A DNA stretch of 64,000 nt. It comes from Chiloscyllium plagiosum (lineage: Eukaryota). Each line of letters starts with the position of its first letter. Positions within the stretch are counted from its first letter, which is position 1. The notes under the pieces were generated by a model. That model was not told where the DNA came from, ran no database searches, and saw nothing but the letters and a program-made list of their open reading frames with translations. This document shows positions 49,836 to 63,356 of this stretch, one piece after another. The translations under genes and the position numbers were made by a program. The DNA lies in assembly GCF_004010195.1 (NCBI RefSeq), contig NC_057718.1:83650624-83714623 (forward strand), given 5' to 3'.

Positions 49836-51370
49836 CCTTCGGCCCTCCAAGCTTACGCCAATCCAGATCCTCTATCTAAACCAGTCGCCTATTTTTCAGG
49901 GTCTGTGCCCTCTGCGCCCTGCCCATTCATGTATCAATCGAAATAGATTTTAAATGTTGCTCTCGTGCCCGCCTCCACCACTTCTGCTGGCAACGCATCC
50001 CAGGCGCCCATCACCCTCTGCATAAACAATGTTCCACTTATGTCTCTCAAACGTCCCCCCCACCCCTTACCTTGAACTCATTACCCCTAGTAATGGAGTC
50101 TCCGACTCTGGGGAAAAAAAAGCTTCTTGCTATCCACCCTGTCGAAACCTCTCATGATTTTGTGGAGCTCAATCACTTCCCCCCCTCAACCTCTGTCTTT
50201 CTAATGAAAATAATGCTAATCTACTGCAAGCGGGCATCAGAACCGCCCCGCATTTGCCACGGGACTATGCCTATATCAGGAAACGATAAGAATTCATTTT
50301 TGTGTTTTAAACAGTAGTCACAGCTTTAAACCCACAAAAACTCAGCAGCTGCCGGTCTGCCCACGTGACTGGGAGATAGGAGACAGAGGACAGATAGAAT
50401 CCACACTAGACCAACATTACCCATGACTCATGGGCCAAAACTCCGGAATTAATTAAATATGGAAACCCATCTCCTAATCACATCAAGAGACTGACTGAAA
50501 CACACACATACCCATCGATACGGAGCCATTCTGACACAAAGGACAGGCATCCATCAGACAGGTACGGACAGACCAATACACACCAACACCCCAAGGGAAC
50601 AAAGAGGGGTGCTAGCCCCGGCCTCACAGAGAGAGAGACAAGCAGATAATACCCGGACCCGTTTTACATAAACCAATTAGCACCCTATTGTGCGTGCCCT
50701 GCAACTCTCCTGGGACGGCAGGAAACAGCCTATTCGCACCTACTCCAGTGATGATGGGGAACTATCATCCCATTCATCCTCAAATCCCACACATCCTGAC
50801 AACTAAAAGTATATAATATGAAGCTGCGCACGGGAACAGCAGAGCAGCCGAGATTTGGACCTCGGTTGATCTCCGCCGGCGTTACTGCAGTAATAAACGT
50901 TACCAATTGTTGAACCGCACTCTGGGCTCGGACTGATATCATTTCATCCGCGCTAACACTACTCAACCTCTCTTCATAGTTAGTGCCCTCCCTACCAGAC
51001 AAGTTCCTGGTGAACCTCCTCTGCACCCTCTCCAAAGCATCCACATCCTTTTGGTAATGTGGCAACCTGAACTGTACGCATTATTCCAAACATGGCCAAC
51101 CAAAGTCCTATACAACTCTAGCATGACCTGCCAACTCTTGTACTCAATACCCCGCCCGATGAAAGAAAACATGCCACATGCCTTCTTGGCCAATCTATCG
51201 ACCTGCGTTGCCACCTTCAGGGAACAATGGACCTGAACACCCAGATCTCTCAGTTCATCAATTTTCCCCAAGGCTTTTCAATTTACTGTATAGTTCACTC
51301 TTGAATCACCTCACATTTGCCTGGGTTGAACTCCATCTGCCATTTCTGCACCTAACTCTCCAATCTAGCT
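49836..51370 (-). mobile_element. CR1 3' fragment split by a solo LTR
   Basis: LERVQRRFTR and RDLGVQVH segments; sequence is continuous across the 50225-50958 insertion. Confidence 0.85.
50225..50958 (+). mobile_element. Solo LTR (734 bp) of an LTR retrotransposon or ERV
   Basis: TG...CA ends with imperfect terminal inverted repeat TGCAAGCG/CGCTAACA. 4-bp TSD CTAC at 50221-50224 and 50959-50962. TATA-like gtatataa at about 50809 and AATAAA at about 50892. Confidence 0.85.
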
Positions 51371-51512
51371 ATTAAGTGAGGTTGAGTAAATTAAGATTGT
51401 TTTCATTTGGCAGATGGAGGTTGAGGGGGGAACCTGTTTGAGGTCTCCAAAATCATGAGAGGTATTGACAGGGTGGATAGCAAAATGCTTTTTCTCCAGC
51501 ATGGGTTCTCAA

Positions 51513-54440
51513 TTTGCCTGAATTGAACTCCAACTGCCATTTTTCCACCCAACTCTCCAATCTATATTCTGGTGCATTCTCAGACAGACAGTCTCCTTCA
51601 CCATATGCTACTTCACCAATCTTAGTGTCATCTGCAAACTTGCTAATCAGACCTATACAAAATCATGAGAGATATACCTTCCTCCAGATCATTTACGTAT
51701 ATCACAAAACAACAGTGATCCCAACCTGGATCCCTGTGGAACAACACTGGTCACAATCCTCCATTTTGAGAAACTCCTTTCCACTACTACTCTGTCTGCT
51801 GCCCAACCAGTTCTCTATCCATCTAGCTAGTACATCTTTGACTCCATGCGACTTCACTTTCTCTATCAGCCTACCATATGTTCTCCAGCAGTTCCGCTCC
51901 TACTGATGTCAGGCTCACCGGTCAATAATCACCTGGATTATCCCTGCTATCCTTCTTAAACAAAGAGACATTAGCAATTCTCCAGTCCTTTGGGACCTCA
52001 GTGTTCAAGGATGCTGCAAAAATATTTGTTAAGGCCCCAGCTACTTCCTCTCTCATTTCCCTCAGTAACCTGGGATAGATCCCAACTGGAACTGGGGACA
52101 TGTCCACCTTAATGCCTTTTAGAATATCCAACACTTCCTCTGTTCTTATGCTGACTTGACCTAGAGTAATCAAACATCTATCCCTAACCTCAACACGCAT
52201 CACGTCCCCCTCATCAGTGGATGTTCATTAAGAATCTCACCCATTTTCTCTGACTTTATGCATAACTTTCCTCCTTTGCCCTTGAGTGGGCCAACCCTTT
52301 CTCTCCTTACCCTCTTGCTCCTTATTTTTGAATAAAAGGCTTTGGGACTTTTCTTATTCCTTACCTTACCTGCTAAAAGATATTTCATGACCCCTTTTAG
52401 TCCTCTTAATTCCTTGTTCCAGATTGGTCCTACATTCCTGATATTCCTTCAAAGCTTTGTCTGTCTTCAGTCACCTTATGTAAACTTTCTTTTGCCTCTT
52501 AGCTAGTCTCTCAAATTTCACCTGTCATCCATGGTTCCCTAATCTTGCTATTTCTATCCCTTATTTTCACAGGGACATACTTCTACTGAACTCTCATCAA
52601 CCTCTCTTTAAAAGCCTCCCACATATCAAATGTGCATTTACCCTCAAACAGTTGCTCCCAAACCATAATCCCCAGCTTCTGCTCAATCTTGCTACCCTTG
52701 GCCTTCCCTCAATTTAGCACTCTTCCTTTAGGACCATACATTTTTTTTTAAAAAAAGAATACTCATGGACACATGGAATGGTGGTCACTATTGCCAAAGT
52801 AATCCCCTACTGAAACTTCAACCACCTGGCCGGGCTCACTCCCCAACACCAGGCCCAGTACGGCCCCTTCCCGAGTTGAACTATTTACATTCTGCTCTAG
52901 AAAATCCTCCTGGGTGCAGGTTACAAATTCTGCTCCACCTAGACCTCACACTCAATGTTGGGAAAATTAAAATCTCCAATCACCACCACCCTATTGCTCC
53001 TACATCTTTCCATAATCTGTCTACATATTTGTCCCTCGACCTCACTCACTGTTGGGAGGCCTGTAGTACAGCCCCAACATTGTTACTGCACCCTTCCTAT
53101 TTCTGAGCTCTGCCCATATTGCCCTCCTTCAGCACAGCTGTGATATCATCTGTGACAGTAACGCAACACCTCCACCGCTTTTACCTCCCTCTCTATCCTG
53201 CCTGAAGCATCTATATCCTGGGATTTTGCCAATCTTGCCCTTGCCTCAATTAGGTCCCAGTAATAGTAATAACATCATACTCGCAGGTACTAATCCAAAC
53301 CTTACCTACTATGCTTTGCGCATTAAAACAAATGCATCTCAGACACCTGTCCCTTTGTGCTCATCATCTGCTCCCTGCCTACTTTACCCCTTCGTCATGC
53401 GGACTTCATTATCTAGTTCCTTACAGGCTTCAGTTATTAACTCCTTACTGTCCACTAACCACCTCATTTGGTTCCCATCCCACTGCCGCATGAGTTTAAA
53501 CCCCTCACTAACAGCATCAGCAATAGCACCTCCAGAACATGGGTTCCAGTCCTGCTCAGGTGTAGACCATCTGATTTACAATAGTCCCACCTTTCCCAGA
53601 ACTGATCGTAAATATCTGAACCCCTCCTTGTGCAGCCTCTCTCAAGTCACTCAGTCAACCTGCCTATTTTTTCATTTCTACTCTGAATAGCATGTGGCAC
53701 TGGTAGCAATCCTCAAACGACTACCTCTCAGGTCCGATATTTTAAACTTGGCTCCTAACTCCCTAAATTCTGCTTGCAGGACCTCATCCTGTTTTTTTTT
53801 GAAACGTATACCACTAGTGCCTGTATATGCACCGTAACAGCTGGCAGTTCACCCTCCCCCTTCAGAATGTCCTGCAGCCCATCTGAGACATGCCTGACCC
53901 GTGCATCTGGGAAGCAACAGGCCATTCAGGAGACTATTTTGACAACAAAACCACCTATCTACTCCCCTTAAAAGCTAAATCCCCTATGACTATAGCCCTT
54001 CCACTCTTTTTCCCACTCCTTCTGTAGAGCACAGCCAGCCATGGTGCCGTGAACCTGGCTACTGCTGCCTTCCCCTGGTGAGCCATCTCCCCTCACAGTA
54101 TCCTAAATAGTACACCTGTTTTGGAGGGAGATGACCACAGGGGACAACTGCACAGCCTTCTGATCTTTCTCTGCTTATTGGTCACCTATTCCCTTTCTTT
54201 CTCATCAATCCTAATCTATTGTGTGACCAATTCACTAAATGTGCTATCCACAATGCCCTCTGCATCGCGGATGCTCCAAAGTGAGTCTACCTGCAGCTCC
54301 AGAGCTCTCATGCAGTCTAACAAGAGCTGCAGATGAATGCACTTCCTGTATGTGAAGGAGTGAGGGATATCAGCCACGTCCCTGAGCTCCCACATTAAGC
54401 AAGAGGAGCATAACACGGGTTTAGGATCTCCTGCCATTTT
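51513..54440 (-). mobile_element. CR1 LINE, long degraded copy including ORF1 start
   Basis: ORF1 N-terminus MAGDPKPVLCSSCLMWEL..CIHLQLLLD..LELQVDSL, then ORF2 pieces (KAFYSKIRSKR, VPKDWRIANV, SKFADDTKIG) with internal deletions. Confidence 0.88.
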
Positions 54441-56097
54441 TACTCTTCAGCTAACTTATTCCAACTATAATATCAGATAGTAGATAAATGAAATCAAATC
54501 AAACAAAAACATTTTTTACAAAACCAGTCACACTATTTACTAGCACACAATAAAAAGGAAAAAGAAAAACCTTATCAACACACCACAGTCTTTTTTTGGG
54601 TAGAGGGCAGTGGCAGGTGGGAGACACTACACGTGTAGTGTCTCAGGTTTAGCCACTGCCCAAATATATCAGTTCACTCACCTTCCCACAGCGCAATTTG
54701 ATCCCTTCAGGGATTGGTTCAAATGTGCTTAAGGAAGTATCCAGCTTCACCACCACTGATTTCCAGTCCACTTTCCCCCAACCCTGACAGCCCATCCGAT
54801 TGCTGACTTTGTTCCACTCCACCTGAATGCTGGCCTTCACTGGCCAAAATTTCCCCAGCTTTCCAATTACTGACTCCTTCTTTACTTCCTGATATCTAGG
54901 ACCATTTCCAAATGAATAGAAGCAGGAGACCTTGCCTGGTAATATTTATTTCATGCCTACTGTCTGGACTATCCCTTTGCCTAGCAGCCAGACAGAAAAC
55001 GGACTGACAAGACAAAAATGAGTGACAGCAGTGCCACTTATCCAGCCTTGCCACATTCTTCATATTTCAGCTTCACCAGCTATTTCACTGCCTTCTGATA
55101 AATATCAATGGCTGTGCATTAATACAATTAATGATCAAGTTTATTGTTGAAACTTGATATTCAACTTCTTCACAATCAATTTCTGTAAAAGCAGGGAACA
55201 GCGAGAGAATTTGGAAAGAAGGTGGGAGAAAGTTCCATGGCAGCCATTGTGATCTTAAAGCTTGCAAACCGTAAGATTACAGCTCACAACTCCAACTGGG
55301 TCCTGAACATTTTCAGAAACCCCGCTTTATGGAGAAAGGAAGTGAGTTAATGGTTTAGGTCAATGATGTGTTATCAAGACAACCAACTCTGGGTTCAAAT
55401 CTTCTCAGCTCTTTGGAGGGGAGGGCAGTCAAAACGGTGGTGGACAACATTGAGACAAGAGCCACATATTTAACAGTTTACAGACATGAAACTTGCAAAG
55501 AGCATTTGGCATTCAAATGGGTTAATCTCTGATTTTGGTAATGCGTGCCAATATCAAGACGTGCTTTGGCCGCTTTACCTACTGCAGTTGGACTAACTTC
55601 TTGGAATTCTTGGGAAAGACAGACATTCTTAATCAAACAATGGCCTTGGTGGCAGCAGGGTAATAAGTTGCCTTATGTCCCAGTTCCAGATCAAGTGGTC
55701 ACTTCTAACTTTCAACCCAGTTAACATGGCTTCCCCACTAATTGCAAAATATATTGCACTGGTTCTGTTCCATTCTTCACAGATGCTGCCAGGTCAGTCG
55801 AGCACTGGCAACATTTCCTGTCTTTATTTCAATTTCCAGCAACCACACTATTTCCCTTTCATTTAAATTTTAGGTAGACTGGTTTGGCCAAATGCATTGT
55901 GTTGCAATTCTGTGCTTTTCCACTCATAAGTGTTAATACTGAGGATTAAGGACTGAGAAAAACATGGTACATTGATTAGCTTGGCAGTAGACTGAGGATG
56001 ATAATGCCAATTTAACAAATAGTGCTGAGAGATTCAGGACAAAAACACAGACAATAGTCCAAGGGTTCTTTCCCTGTTCCCTGTCCTCTGACTTTAC

Positions 56098-56216
56098 CTC
56101 TGCTGGCCAGTTCTCGGGCAGTTTGTTTTCCAATACCAGTGTTTGCTCCAGTTACGATTATAGTTTTTCCCGATACTGTTGCTTTACTTGGACACATTCC
56201 ACCCGTTGCATAGTCT
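56098..56216 (-). CDS. RDH13: Retinol dehydrogenase 13, coding exon 2 (119 bp)
   Basis: Encodes DYATGGMCPSKATVSGKTIIVTGANTGIGKQTARELASR, with the SDR TGxxxGxG cofactor motif. Acceptor tttttag and donor GTAAAGT on the minus strand. Closely matches vertebrate RDH13 as I recall it. Confidence 0.95.
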
Positions 56217-59200
56217 CTAAAAAGTAAATTAGATTACATTGAACTAGTGAGCATTTCAAAAGAAAAAGTAATTTATAAGCACTTTCATCACCACTGGACA
56301 TCCTCGTACTTTACATCAAATTCAGCACTTTTTAAAGCGCAGTCATTGTTGCACTGACTGCAATCTTTTTACCAATATGTTTCCACAATACTTCCACAAA
56401 CAGCAACATAATGGTAAGGTAAAAAAATAGATTAATGCTAACTTGGGATACATAAAGGTAAACTACACTCTCATCAGAGACACAACTGATGGTGGTTTAA
56501 CCAGAGGGTCAGCACTCCTTAAGAGAGGGGGAATAGATTGAGAATAAACATTCACAATAACCTCATTCAGTGCAGGAATTGAATGCGTACTGTTGGCATC
56601 ACAAGCTAGTCATCCAGCCAACTCCAATCCCCCTGAGAGGGGTCAGTTTTAAGAATTGACTATCACCAGGCATAACTCCATGAGATTTTTTACATGCATT
56701 CAAGCAGGTAAGTAGAACTTTGGTTTAATATCTCATTTGGTCCATTTGACAATGCAGACTTTCTTCAGTGCTGCAACACTGATTTGTGTGTTCACGCCTT
56801 AACCTCCTTTGTACCCAAAATCCTGTGATTTCCATGTGAGCGTGCGATCAGTGGAGTCACAGCAGACTTTCAATGACATAAGCATGAACTTGATAAAGCA
56901 ACAAATTTAAAAGGGAACTCTGCATCTAAAACGGACACATTGCATGACCCAGTGCTGACCGAAGTGCCTGAAACAGGTAGAATCTGTCTGTTCTTTGCTG
57001 ATACTACACCTGATATGAGAGGAATTCTATTCCAGAGGGCTGAACCTGATGCTTGGAATGGAAAGACTGCCACTGTACAGAATTAAAAGGCTCAATGTAA
57101 TTCTTAAAAAAGCTATTGCCTTAAGCTAAAATGTACAATTTAGGTTACTCTATTTGCAGCAGTTTGCACTGATCCTTGAATTCCACTTTGAAAGAACCAG
57201 AGGATGGTTGCAGATAATCTCAACTTGAACTACCCAGTGCTTTCTCTCGTGCTCAACTAGTACATAGTGCTGGAAGAATTGCACTTGCTGACAATTTTTC
57301 TCCCTCAAATCAATTAGCTACTGCCCTATTTGTATTACATTACAAAGACAGACTTGAAGGGCCTCCAACGTCTTAATGAGTAGAGGGATTCCGTACAGCA
57401 TAACGACAAGTAACACCAGACATTCCATGGTTCAAGTTTTAACTAGGAGCCAAATTAGATGATCTCAATTAAGGCAATGGTTGGGGTGCCATAATTGATG
57501 TAATACTTCAAGGTATGGAAGGGAATAATTTAGAGTAGGGTTTCCAGATGAGGTTGCAGAAGGTTTTTTCAAGGACCTTTCCCAAACATTCTTTGAGGTT
57601 TGCATGACCTTTTTCAATTTTCAGATGCTCTTTTCTCAATAACTACATTAATATTGATAGTCACTTGGCAACCTTATCTTCTGTATTTGTGTTGACCTTA
57701 ATGTTTACTTCTTTCAAATGGACAAGACAACACAAATTCCAAAGACTGTAGGTTCTTGATAATTATACATAAATCTCCGATTTCTAATTTAAAAGTGAAA
57801 ATTCTAACTAGTTGGCACTTATTGTGAATGCCTACCACATCTGCATCCTGTTAAAAGTAAATTGCAAGTGACGAGCCTCTCCAGCATTCTTCGCTTGTTC
57901 TAGCAACTTTATGTTTCTTACCTCCTAATACTTGATTAAAAATGAATGCTGACAAATGCAGTGTACTAACTTTCAAAAGGTCTAACTGTGCCACAAGGGG
58001 AATACACAAATTAATTCTTTAGCACAAGATAACAATTAGATGAGGAATGATTTAACTCTCATGCTTGACGTTTCAGTGATTTTCTTTCCCCCCAGTGAAA
58101 GCATCCTCTTGCATGATTACTATACTGTACCAAGAGTTTGCTTGAAGTGCTTAACATGGAGGATGTTCTGGTGCTAAGAACACAAATCACTTTAGGGTAA
58201 AAGGTGAACTCACAAACTACATCCACCTCCCACAATATAATGTCACACCTTTTGCCATACACATTTAAAGTTTGTACCCCACCACAGAAATGCTGATTGT
58301 CTCCAACTGCTTAAATCATGGCATAAAGAGGACATTTAGCCTTTAATGTCCATGCTCAGTTCGACCTACTCTTTCCCCATGGCCCTACAAATAGTTTGAA
58401 TATTTATTGAATATCTATCCAAACCTTCACACCTTGCTAATCATGAATTAACGTGAGTTTGACAATCAATTTAAGTAAAGTATAAAGTTACAAAATGAAA
58501 GAAGAAAAAAAAAGGAAAATGTTATCCAGCAACATTGCATCCAATGTACCAATTTCCATAGGCATCCTTAACTTTAACTGATGTCAATTACTTGAACAAA
58601 TCCATTTGATTGCGTAAAACTGGCCAAAACACCTCTATTTCCAAGTCTTATGAAGAGTCCTTTCAGACTTTTCGATATATACTCCAATAGCCGTTTAGGT
58701 TATGACACCACTCTGGTAAAGGTGGGACTTCAACCCAGGCCTCTTGGCTCAAAGGTGTTGCCACTACAGCCCTTAAAAATTATATCATGCTTTCTCTATT
58801 TTAAGCGTTGGTGTAATCCTTCTTATGATGCAAAGGAAGTCAAACACAAATAGCACTCAAGCGTCTCTGAAGGAACAAAGTGCCCTTGTTACAAAAGAAT
58901 TTAAGAGCCGGACAGCAGAGTCTCCAGTATTTCTCCACGAGCTCAACATGTCTCTCCATCACTGGCATCCCAGACCCAATTCAGGGACCATTTCTTGGTC
59001 CTTTCTAGGGGAATTCATTGGCCTCCCCAGTATACTCTGAACCCTAGTTTCTGCTTAGTGCATTTTCCAACTCTGGAAGGCAAACATGTAGAGATCAGAT
59101 AAGGGTAAAATGAGCCTGGCTATTTCCCTGCTCCCAAATTAGTCAAATAACACCTTAACATTCACTGTCTAAGCTCATATTCTGAGCATCTTATTGAAGG

Positions 59201-59997
59201 GTTTATACAGCCAGATTCCAGCAACATCCAACACTTTCATAAGGGAAAGGACAAAACTGGCAAAAATCCTGGCTTCTTGGCATTTCCCTACCCAGAGAGT
59301 TGGCAATTCTAAGTTGCAATCAAAAATTAATTTTATCGTAAAAGAAAAAAAATTGACAGGGGACAAAATGATGAACTAGCTAAATTTTGGATAGAATTCA
59401 AGTTCATACAGTATTTTATACCACTGATCTGTACTGGCAGATACCATTTGAGAGCCTCAATGGATTTGTCAGAGATGCCTCAAACAACCTCCTCATTTAA
59501 CTGAAGGATTTGGAATCCATATCCTTCACAAAATTCCTCTTTAAAAAGAAATATTTCATTTCGGGAATGGAGAAAATGCAAAGAAATCAGGAAAGCCAAA
59601 TGTTACAAAGCTCAGAAATTAAATACGTAAGAAATGAAAAGCATAATTCAATGAACAACCCTCAATGAAATAAATCCAGCTCTGTTTAGAAGTTTCTTAA
59701 TTGCATAATTCATTTCCAGAACTATATAGTAGGACAGGTCACAGAATCCGAAAAAAAGATAGTGAAGTGGGCAGTGGATTCTGGTTGATCTAACATCCAC
59801 AACGAGAAAATATTCAAATACATATTAGAACCTGCTGTTAAGCTTTAGTTTTTTGAGCAGCATTAAGCAAAGATGTGTCTTAGAAGCAATAAAGCCCTTG
59901 GATCAGTCATTTAAAACAGTAAATGTCAGGAGTTTCTCAGATTTGATCAGCAGAGCATCACGTAGAAAGATAGCTGGCCTCTGTAAAAACCTGGCTG

Positions 59998-60651
59998 AAG
60001 ATAGTGAAGGCGGCGTATGGTATGCTTTCCTTTATTGGTCAGAGTATTGAGTACAGGAGTTGGGAGGTCATGTTGTAGCTGTACAGGACATTGGTTAGGC
60101 CACTGTTGGAATATTGCATGCAATTCTGGTCTCCTTCCTATCGGAAAGATGTTATGAAACTTGAAAGAGTTCAGAAAAGATTTACAAGAGATGTTGCCAG
60201 GGTTGGAGGATTTGAGCTATAGGGAGAGGCTGAACAGGCTGGGGCTGTTTCTCCTAGAGCGTCGGAGGCTGAGGGGTGACCTTATAGAGGTTTACAAAAT
60301 TATGAGGGGCATGGATAGGATAAATAGACAAAGTCCTTTCCCTGGGGTAAGGGAGTCCAGAACTAGAGGGCATAGGTTTAGAGTAAGAGGGGAAAGATGT
60401 AAAAGAGACCCAAGGGGCAATGTTTTCACACAGAGGGTGGTACGTGTACGAAATGAGCTGCCAGAGGATGCGGTGGAGGCTGGTACATTGCTACATTTAA
60501 GAGGCATTTGGATGGGTATATGAATAGGAAGGGTTTGGAGGGATATGGGCCGGGTGCTGAGAGGTGGAACTAGATTGGGTTGGGATATCTGGTCGGCATG
60601 GATGGGTTGGACCGAAGGGTGTGTTTCCATGCTGTACATCTCTATGACTCT
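59998..60651 (+). mobile_element. CR1 LINE 3' end
   Basis: LERRRLRGDLIEVYKIMRGMDR..ESRTRGHRF, then a 3' UTR ending ctctatgactcta. Confidence 0.92.
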
Positions 60652-61283
60652 AAGAAGCCAAAACGCTAATACTCCACTACTGCACACTATCCTTTCTTAG
60701 TTAGAAGTACATGTGTGAACACTAGATGAGCCTACAAAGTCTGAGGTCAAACAGCTGACACGAACTTAAATACTGACTTTGTAAACATTGTTAGTAGATT
60801 GTCATGTCTTTGGCAACTGTCCTCAAGAAAGTCAAATATGATCATGAGAGAAAAAAGATGTTCAAAATTAAAAAAAGGTCATCAATGTATTTGAATTCTT
60901 TGATCAGGACATTTAGTGTTCAGTATCAGAACAGCTGTTTGATCCAACTGGCTGAAATCAAACATACATGCTCCAGTTAGTCATTCTCTCAAGCAACATA
61001 ATCCAATCCTAAAAGCACTGTGCTGTATGGCTGTTCTCAGGGGTGCACACCAAAACAAAATGTATCTGGAGGACTATCAACTAATAAAATTCAAGTGGAT
61101 TCAAGACTATTATTTTCAACTTAAATAAAAGGTAATGATGAAGGCATGAAAGCAGAAACAGCTGAAGTGATCTGGCAAATTAGGTTAATGAATAGGTCAA
61201 TGGTGATATTATAGTAGACATGTAAGGGGATATTTCAAAATACACATATTTATAAATTCAAAGGAAAGGACTTGCGGTTAACT

Positions 61284-61636
61284 AGAGTTAGAGCTGTACA
61301 GCACAGAAACAGACCCTTTGGTCTTAGTCATTCGTGCCTAGCAGATATCCTAAACCAACCAAATGTCAGCACTTGGTCCATATCCCTTTTAACCCTTCGT
61401 ATTCATAGGCCCACCCTGATGCCTTTTAAATCTTTTAACTGTACCTGCCCCCACCATCTCCTTTTGGCAGCTCCTTCCAAACACACATCACCCTATGTGT
61501 GAAAAAGTTGCCCCTCAGGTCCCTTTTAAATCTTCCCCCGAACACCTTAAATCTAGGCCCTCTAGTTTTGGACTCCCCTATCCTGCGGAAAAGGCCTGAG
61601 CTATTCACCTGATCATACCCCTCATGATTTGATAAA
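61284..61636 (-). mobile_element. CR1 LINE 3' end
   Basis: Reverse complement similar to 60290-60650. Confidence 0.8.
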
Positions 61637-61779
61637 CTGAAAAGATGAACATTCTTACCAAACTTAAAGTGAACAAAGACGTAAATTGTGCAAAAAATGG
61701 ATTGCAGGTCAGAAATTTGAACAGAATATTAAAAAAACAGAATGACAAAAAATGTAAAGGAGGGAAATTTGAGTAAGAG

Positions 61780-62935
61780 AGCACTAGAGATATTAAAAAT
61801 ATACACTGAAGCACTTTTTTTGTAAGTTAAAGTGAGCAGTGGTCTGAAAGAAAGTGACTCTAAGGAATTTTTAGCGTAAAATATGATGGCATATGAAGTA
61901 AACAGGTATTTTACAATGCTCTTCAATATAGAGGATCCAAATAACATCTCAGAAATAATTTTAAAACCAGGACATGGCATGGAGGGAGGAATTCAAGAAA
62001 GTAACAACCATCAGGGAAGTGGTATTGAGCAAATTATTGGAGCTGCAGATTGACAAGTCCCAGGATCCCAACGTATTTTTATCCTAGGGTCTTGAAAGTA
62101 GTGGCTAGTAATGTAATAAATGCATTGGTTAATTTTTTTCAAAATTTCCTGACTTCAGTTCCATTAGATTGGAAAATATAAAGTGTCATGCCTTTATTCA
62201 GAAAGGAAAGGAGATAGAGCAATAAACTACAGGTCAGTTAACTTGGCAGGGCGAATGTGTTTGAAACTATTATTAAAGCACAACATTACTAAACCTCAAA
62301 GTAATCAGGCAACATGGTTTTGTGAAAAAGAAATGGTGTCCAATTAATTTATTGGAGCTCTTCTGACGAAACAGCATGTGCTATGGATAAAGGGGACTAG
62401 TTGATGTGTAGTACTTGGATTGCCAGAAGATCCATTTTAGCAGGAAAATTAAATATAGCATATTATCCAAATAGTGATAGGAGAGCTTTGAGATAGAGTA
62501 ATCTACATTTCCTGCTATTTAAATGGCATTACTTTAATTTGCAGGTATAGCAAGTAATTATGAAAGCTAATTGAGTGCCACTGATTAAGACTAAGTAGAC
62601 CAGTTATGTTTCAGTTATACATGACACTGGTACCACATCAGGAGTACCACGTAAATGCATTGATTACCTCATTGCAGCTAAGATGTCAGCCTGGTGGACA
62701 TAGTTCAGCAAAGCTTACTCGAGCGATATGGGTGGGTTTTCGAATGAGGAATGGTTGTGGACTGGCAAGGTTTCTCTCTGCTGGAATTGAAGAGTAAGAG
62801 GTGAATTATTTGAAACAAAGATCCTAAGGAGTCTTGACAGTACGCATGTGGAAAAAAAAATGTTTCCTCTGGTGGGACAGTTTAGAACTAAGAATATTCT
62901 TTCAAATGAGGGGTTGCCCTTTTTAGACTGAGGCA
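61780..62935 (+). mobile_element. Old degraded CR1 ORF2 fragment
   Basis: DKSPG, P.DWK, NYRSV, QHGFVK and DVVYLD remnants. Confidence 0.65.
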
Positions 62936-63160
62936 AGAAAGGGGTTAATTGCAGGAAAAGCCGTGTTTTCATACAGACAGCAAACACCGAATGTAACAAG
63001 AAAGACAGGAGTTACTTCTGATAACGTGGAAGCAAAATCTTGAGGTCTCCTGAAGCAGAACCAATATTGGGATGAATGAATCTATTGAAACAACAATAAC
63101 TTGCAAGGTAGAACATTGGATTCTTATACAACACCAGACCAAAACTCCACATGGATCAAA

Positions 63161-63356
63161 AATGTGTTGCTGGAAAAGCGCAGCAGGTCAGGGAGCATCA
63201 AAGGAACAGGAGAATCGACGTTTCGGGAATAAGCCCTTCTTCAGGCTTTTGCCCGAAACGTCGATTCTCCTGTTCCTTTGATGCTCCCTGACCTGCTGCG
63301 CTTTTCCAGCAACACATTTTTAAGCTCTGATCTCCAGCATCTGCAGTCCTCACTTT
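63161..63356. mobile_element. Fold-back PLE family A terminal unit with hammerhead core on the minus strand
   Basis: Inverted arms about 63158-63227 and 63252-63320. CTGAAGA at 63244-63238 (minus). 16-bp TSD CTCCACATGGATCAAA (63145-63160) and CTCCACAAGGATCAAA (63357-63372). Confidence 0.88.
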
